Assembly: GCA_963712695.1 (NCBI GenBank)
Contig: CAVQJD010000018.1
Span: 5,720-69,719, forward strand
Origin: an uncultured Gammaproteobacteria bacterium
GTDB lineage: Bacteria; Pseudomonadota; Gammaproteobacteria; UBA9214
DNA: 64,000 bases
Reading direction: 5' to 3'
Under the pieces are notes generated by a model, which did not search any database, was not told the DNA's origin, and was given only the letters and a program-made list of their open reading frames with translations. Positions 60,491-64,000 of the stretch are shown piece after piece; positions within the stretch are counted from its first letter, which is position 1; each line of letters begins with the position of its first letter. Both the position numbers and the translations under genes were made by a program.

Positions 60491-62131
60491 ATGGCTGACG
60501 GTTAATATGATGTCGTGATCATCGGCGCCGGCGCCGGGGGCGGCAGTGTTGCCTGGGGCCTGGCGCGTGCCGGTGTCCGGGTGCTGTTGCTGGAGGCCGG
60601 ACCGCGCTTCGATCCGGTCAGCGACTTCCGCCTCGATCTGCCGGCCTGGGAGCTGACGCGCTTTCCGGACAAGCCAGGCTCACGTGGCCGCTACAGCTAC
60701 GCCGAACTGCAGCCGCTCGATCCGCACCGCCAGCACCTGCGCTCCTACAACATCCACACCGGCCGCTATGCGCCGGGCGAGCGGCGCCACGCCCAGGGCT
60801 ATCAGCATGTGCGCGGTGTCGGTGGCAGCACGCTGCATTTCACCGGTGAGGCGCACCGGCTCAATCCGCGCGCCATGCGCCTGCACAGCGAGTACGGGGT
60901 TGGTGCCGACTGGCCACTGGATTACGCCGCACTGGAGCCCTGGTACGAGCAGGCCGAGCAGGTGATCGGCGTCGCCGGGCCGGTACAGACTGCGCAGCGG
61001 CCGCGCCGCACGCCCTGTCCGTTACCGGCGCATCCCCTGTCCTGGGCGAGCCAAAAGCTGGCCGACGGAGCGGCCTTCCTGGGCTGGGGCTGGGAGCCCA
61101 ACACCCTGGCTGCGCTGTCCCGGCCCTATGAGGGACGGCCGGGCTGCAACTACTGCCTGCAATGCAACCGCGGTTGCCCGCGCGGCGACAAGGGTAGTGT
61201 CGATGTCACCTTCCTGCGTGCCGCCGTGGCCAGCGGCAATTGCACCATCCAGACCGGTGTCCAGGTCACGCGCCTGCTGGCCGGCGACAACGATCGCGTG
61301 AGCGGGGTGGAGGTCCATGACGGCAGGGGCGAGCAGCGCCTGACCGCCCCGGTGGTGGTGTTGTGCGCCGGCAGCATCGAGACGCCGCGTCTGCTGCTGG
61401 CCTCCGACGGGCTCGGCAACGAGAGCGGCCAGGTCGGACGCAATTTCCTCGAGACCCTGAGCTGGGCCAGCATCGGGCTGCACCCGGAGCCGTTGGGTAG
61501 TCACCGCGGCCTGCCCTCGGACAGTATCTGCTGGGATTTCAATGCGCCGGACGCCATTCCCGGTGCGGTCGGCGGTATGCGCCTGAGCCCGGTGGTGGGC
61601 GAGGCCGATCTGTCCGGCGCCTTCAACTATGCCACGCGCGTGGTGGGTGGCTGGGGCCTGCGCCACAAGCAGGCCATGCGTGCGCGCTTCGGGCATGCGC
61701 TGGGCGTCGGGGCGATCGGAGAATGTCTACCTGATACAGGTAGTTACGTCGATCTGGATGCGGAGCAGCGCGATGCCGCCGGTATGCCCCTGGCGCGCAT
61801 CCACAGTCACCTGGGCGACATGGCGGTGCGCCGGCTCGAGTTCATGGCCGGACGCTGCCGCGAGTTGCTCATCGCCAGCGGAGTGGATACGCTGGTCGAG
61901 GAATATGGCAGTTACGACCTGTTCAGCGCCACGCACGTGTTCGGCACCTGCCGCATGGGGCATGACCCGGCACAGTCCGTGGTCAATGCCGACTGCCGTA
62001 GCCACCGCTGGCGCAACCTGTACATCGTCGATGGCAGCGTGTTTCCCAGTACGGGTGGCGGCGAAGCGCCGTCATTGACCATCGAGGCGCTGGGCCTGCG
62101 TGCCGCCGACCATATTCGCACCCGGGCATGA
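60491..62131 (+). pseudogene. GMC-family FAD oxidoreductase with an in-frame TAA at codon 5 (or a truncated GTG start at 60515)
   Basis: The start reads ATG GCT GAC GGT TAA TAT GAT GTC GTG ATC ATC GGC, that is MADG*YDVVIIGAGAGGGSVA. The Rossmann beta1-GxGxxG begins right after the stop. The C-terminal part has TCRMGHD...NLYIVDGSVFPS. Confidence 0.75.
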
Positions 62132-62244
62132 TCGGGGCAGCAGAATCGCTGTGTGCGTGACTATAATGACAGCACGTTGAATACAATAATGTGAATGCCG
62201 GCAGCGCGGCTGCAGCGAGCGCCGGCGTCATGAAGGAGCAAAAC

Positions 62245-63138
62245 ATGCAAGCACCCAGGACAACGAAAGTTATTTTCCTGCTGGCGATGACGATGGCCAC
62301 GGTCGATGTGGCCCAGGCCTTCGGTTTCGGCAATATGATGAACCCGTCCCGCTGGATGGGTGGTGACCGCGATCGTGACGACGACTATTACGGCGCGGCG
62401 CCGTACGGTTACGGCTATCCCGGCGGCTATGCCGCGCCGGGCTATGCGCCGCCCGGCTATGTGCAACCAGGCTACGCGGCACCCGGTTACGGTTACGGTT
62501 ACGGTGCACCGGTCTATCCGGCCCCGGTTATCGCTGCCCCCGCGCCCGCCGCTGTGCCGGCTCCGGTAGTCGCCGCCCCGGCCCCGGCCGCGAAGGCGGC
62601 TGCCGCCAAGCCGCCACCCGTATTGACCGCCGACGAGGCGGAAATCGCGCGGCTGCAAAAGCGCATCCGCGAACTGGAAGCCGCCGGTGAAACACCGGTC
62701 TACACCGTGCCGACCGGCACGGGTTCGGCTGGCAGTGCGACCAGCGCATATCCCGACAGCTCGCCCTACAACCAGGACTACCGCTTCCCGGACAGCACCC
62801 AGGGGCATGCTGCCCCCGCGGCGGCTGAAGCGGCGCCCCGGGCCGTCAAGGCGCAGCCCGAATACCCGGTCTATTCACCCTTTGGCCCGCCCGCGGAGTT
62901 CCCGCCACTGGAGCCGGAGCCGGCTGCAGCGACTGAGGACAAGGCGGTTGCGGCGCCTGTGGCCGCGCCGGCTGCATCCGCCGCGCCGGTCGCAGCGAAA
63001 AGCGTGGAAGTCGAGGCACCGCCTGCAGCGGAGCCGACAGTGCCAGCCGGTGTGGTCAACTTCACGCCCGGCAACCCGGCGGCGTACGTCCCACCCATGC
63101 AGAACACCGGCCAGCGGGTGTACGAACTGGGACGCTGA
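62245..63138 (+). CDS. Exported low-complexity Gly/Tyr/Pro/Ala-rich protein (possible sulfur-globule-envelope-like structural protein)
   Basis: An AAGGAG RBS lies 6 nt upstream of ATG 62245. The signal peptide is MQAPRTTKVIFLLAMTMATVDVAQA. YYGAAPYGYGYPGGYAAPGYAPPGYVQPGYAAPGYGYGYGAP is followed by Ala/Pro-rich tracts. Confidence 0.6.
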   Translation: MQAPRTTKVIFLLAMTMATVDVAQAFGFGNMMNPSRWMGGDRDRDDDYYGAAPYGYGYPGGYAAPGYAPPGYVQPGYAAPGYGYGYGAPVYPAPVIAAPAPAAVPAPVVAAPAPAAKAAAAKPPPVLTADEAEIARLQKRIRELEAAGETPVYTVPTGTGSAGSATSAYPDSSPYNQDYRFPDSTQGHAAPAAAEAAPRAVKAQPEYPVYSPFGPPAEFPPLEPEPAAATEDKAVAAPVAAPAASAAPVAAKSVEVEAPPAAEPTVPAGVVNFTPGNPAAYVPPMQNTGQRVYELGR

Positions 63139-63169
63139 GGAAACCGTGGGGGCAGGGCAGGTTTGTATT

Positions 63170-63650
63170 AATGGCCAAGGAAGCACACGGAAATGCACGG
63201 AAAAATGCTGGGTGCACTCTGTGCACCAGCGCGTGAGAGTGAGACGTGAGACGTGAGACGTGAGACGTGAGACGTGAGACGTGAGACGTGAAGCGTGAGA
63301 CGTGAAATGTGAGACGTGAAACGTGAGACGTGAGACGTGAAACGTGAATGATGGGCTGTGTCATATTTAATGGCCACGGAAGCACACGGAATGGAATCCA
63401 TGTATGCACAGGAACGATTCGCTCTGCCCGGCTGTGTGCCGAGGCATAGCGCTGGCATATGATAGCTCTTTGTTATTATTGTTTTATTTTTCCGTGTTCT
63501 TCCGTGGATTCCGTGGCCATTTAATACACCCCGTCATTCACGTTTCACATTTCACGTCTCACGTCTCACGTCTCACGTCTCACGTCTCACGTCTCACGCA
63601 GCAACGCTCAGATTGCACCCAGCATTTTTCCGTGTGCTTCCGTGGCCATT
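63170..63650. repeat. Composite repeat locus D: imperfect palindrome of about 480 bp built from the same modules (17 forward and 8.5 inverted heptamers)
   Basis: A variant module is at 63170-63206 and a hairpin at 63207-63230. Heptamers span 63232-63349. A variant module is at 63369-63402. The inverted module is at 63486-63521 and inverted heptamers at 63539-63598. The inverted end module is at 63615-63650. Confidence 0.92.
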
Positions 63651-63846
63651 AAAATCGCGCGTGCCTTTGCTCCGGCCCCAAAAAGAGGCCAGTAGCCTGT
63701 TTGTTGTATAGAATGCCCGCTGCGGGTAAAACGAGCTGCTCTCTGCCGCCGTTACCGACCTTGGTACTATTTATAACCGTCAGAAATGCAAGTAGATTAT
63801 CGTTTGCTGCTGTTTCCGGGCGCCGAATCGAGGATAACGAACCACT

Positions 63847-64000
63847 ATGGAACATCTGATTGCGCCGCACGGCGGGACGCTGTGCAACCTGGTCGTCGAT
63901 GAGGAGCGCGCCGAGGACCTCAAGATCACCTCCGCCGACGCACTCTCCGTCACCCTGAACGAACGCCAGACCTGTGACCTCGAGCTGCTGATGAACGGCG
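63847..64000 (+). CDS. sat: Sulfate adenylyltransferase (ATP sulfurylase), 5' part only
   Basis: MEHLIAPHGGTLCNLVVDEERAEDLKITSADALSVTLNERQTCDLELLMNG matches the Sat N-terminus. It is truncated by the window end. Confidence 0.8.
   Translation, partial: MEHLIAPHGGTLCNLVVDEERAEDLKITSADALSVTLNERQTCDLELLMNG

Overview
This is a GC-rich proteobacterial chromosome segment. The gene content (sat, a DsrC/TusE-like gene, a Gly/Tyr-rich exported protein, suf, cus/copA) suggests a sulfur-oxidising gammaproteobacterium, but that is inference only. In order, the window holds: the 3' part of rfbB; tRNA-Phe; a 4.6-kb integrase-less islet closed by a perfect 45-bp copy of the tRNA 3' end (DUF4143 AAA+ ATPase, J-domain protein, 195-aa protein with an internal duplication, AbrB antitoxin and a frameshifted PIN toxin); lhr; an exported KatG; a LON-N protein; an FKBP-methyltransferase fusion; a coupled DUF2339/DUF3999 membrane pair; a DUF5666 lipoprotein; an 8-gene CFA-synthase/DUF1365/FAD-oxidoreductase/lipocalin/DUF1295 lipid-modification operon; a gpx-ybgA-cinA-like operon; a CarH/LitR-type B12 photoreceptor regulator; several small ORFs; cusCBA and copA; putA; an HtrA protease; cbpAM and two hsp20 genes; sufBCD-T-A-E; a NYN-LOTUS protein; a Tat-subunit/GMC oxidoreductase pair; a low-complexity exported protein; and the start of sat. 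Five items deserve a second look. (1) A modular intergenic repeat family occurs at four loci. It combines CGTGAGA heptamer arrays, a 36-bp triple-CACGGAA module and GTAG-headed REP/REPIN hairpins, forms large palindromic superstructures, and brackets the NYN-LOTUS gene. (2) Six promoters carry 11-bp-phased TnnACA repeats around the B12 photoreceptor gene, which implies a light regulon that includes unstudied genes. (3) The tRNA-Phe islet carries a four-gene co-directional cargo. (4) DUF2339 and DUF3999 form a translationally coupled pair. (5) Frame disruptions are unusually dense (rfbB, PIN, DUF1295, CFA-like methyltransferase x2, copA, putA, GMC in-frame TAA, gene remnants). This means either poor consensus quality or genome erosion. 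No CRISPR array, rRNA, transposase or integrase gene was seen. Nothing here was checked against a database; all family names come from recognising motifs by eye.
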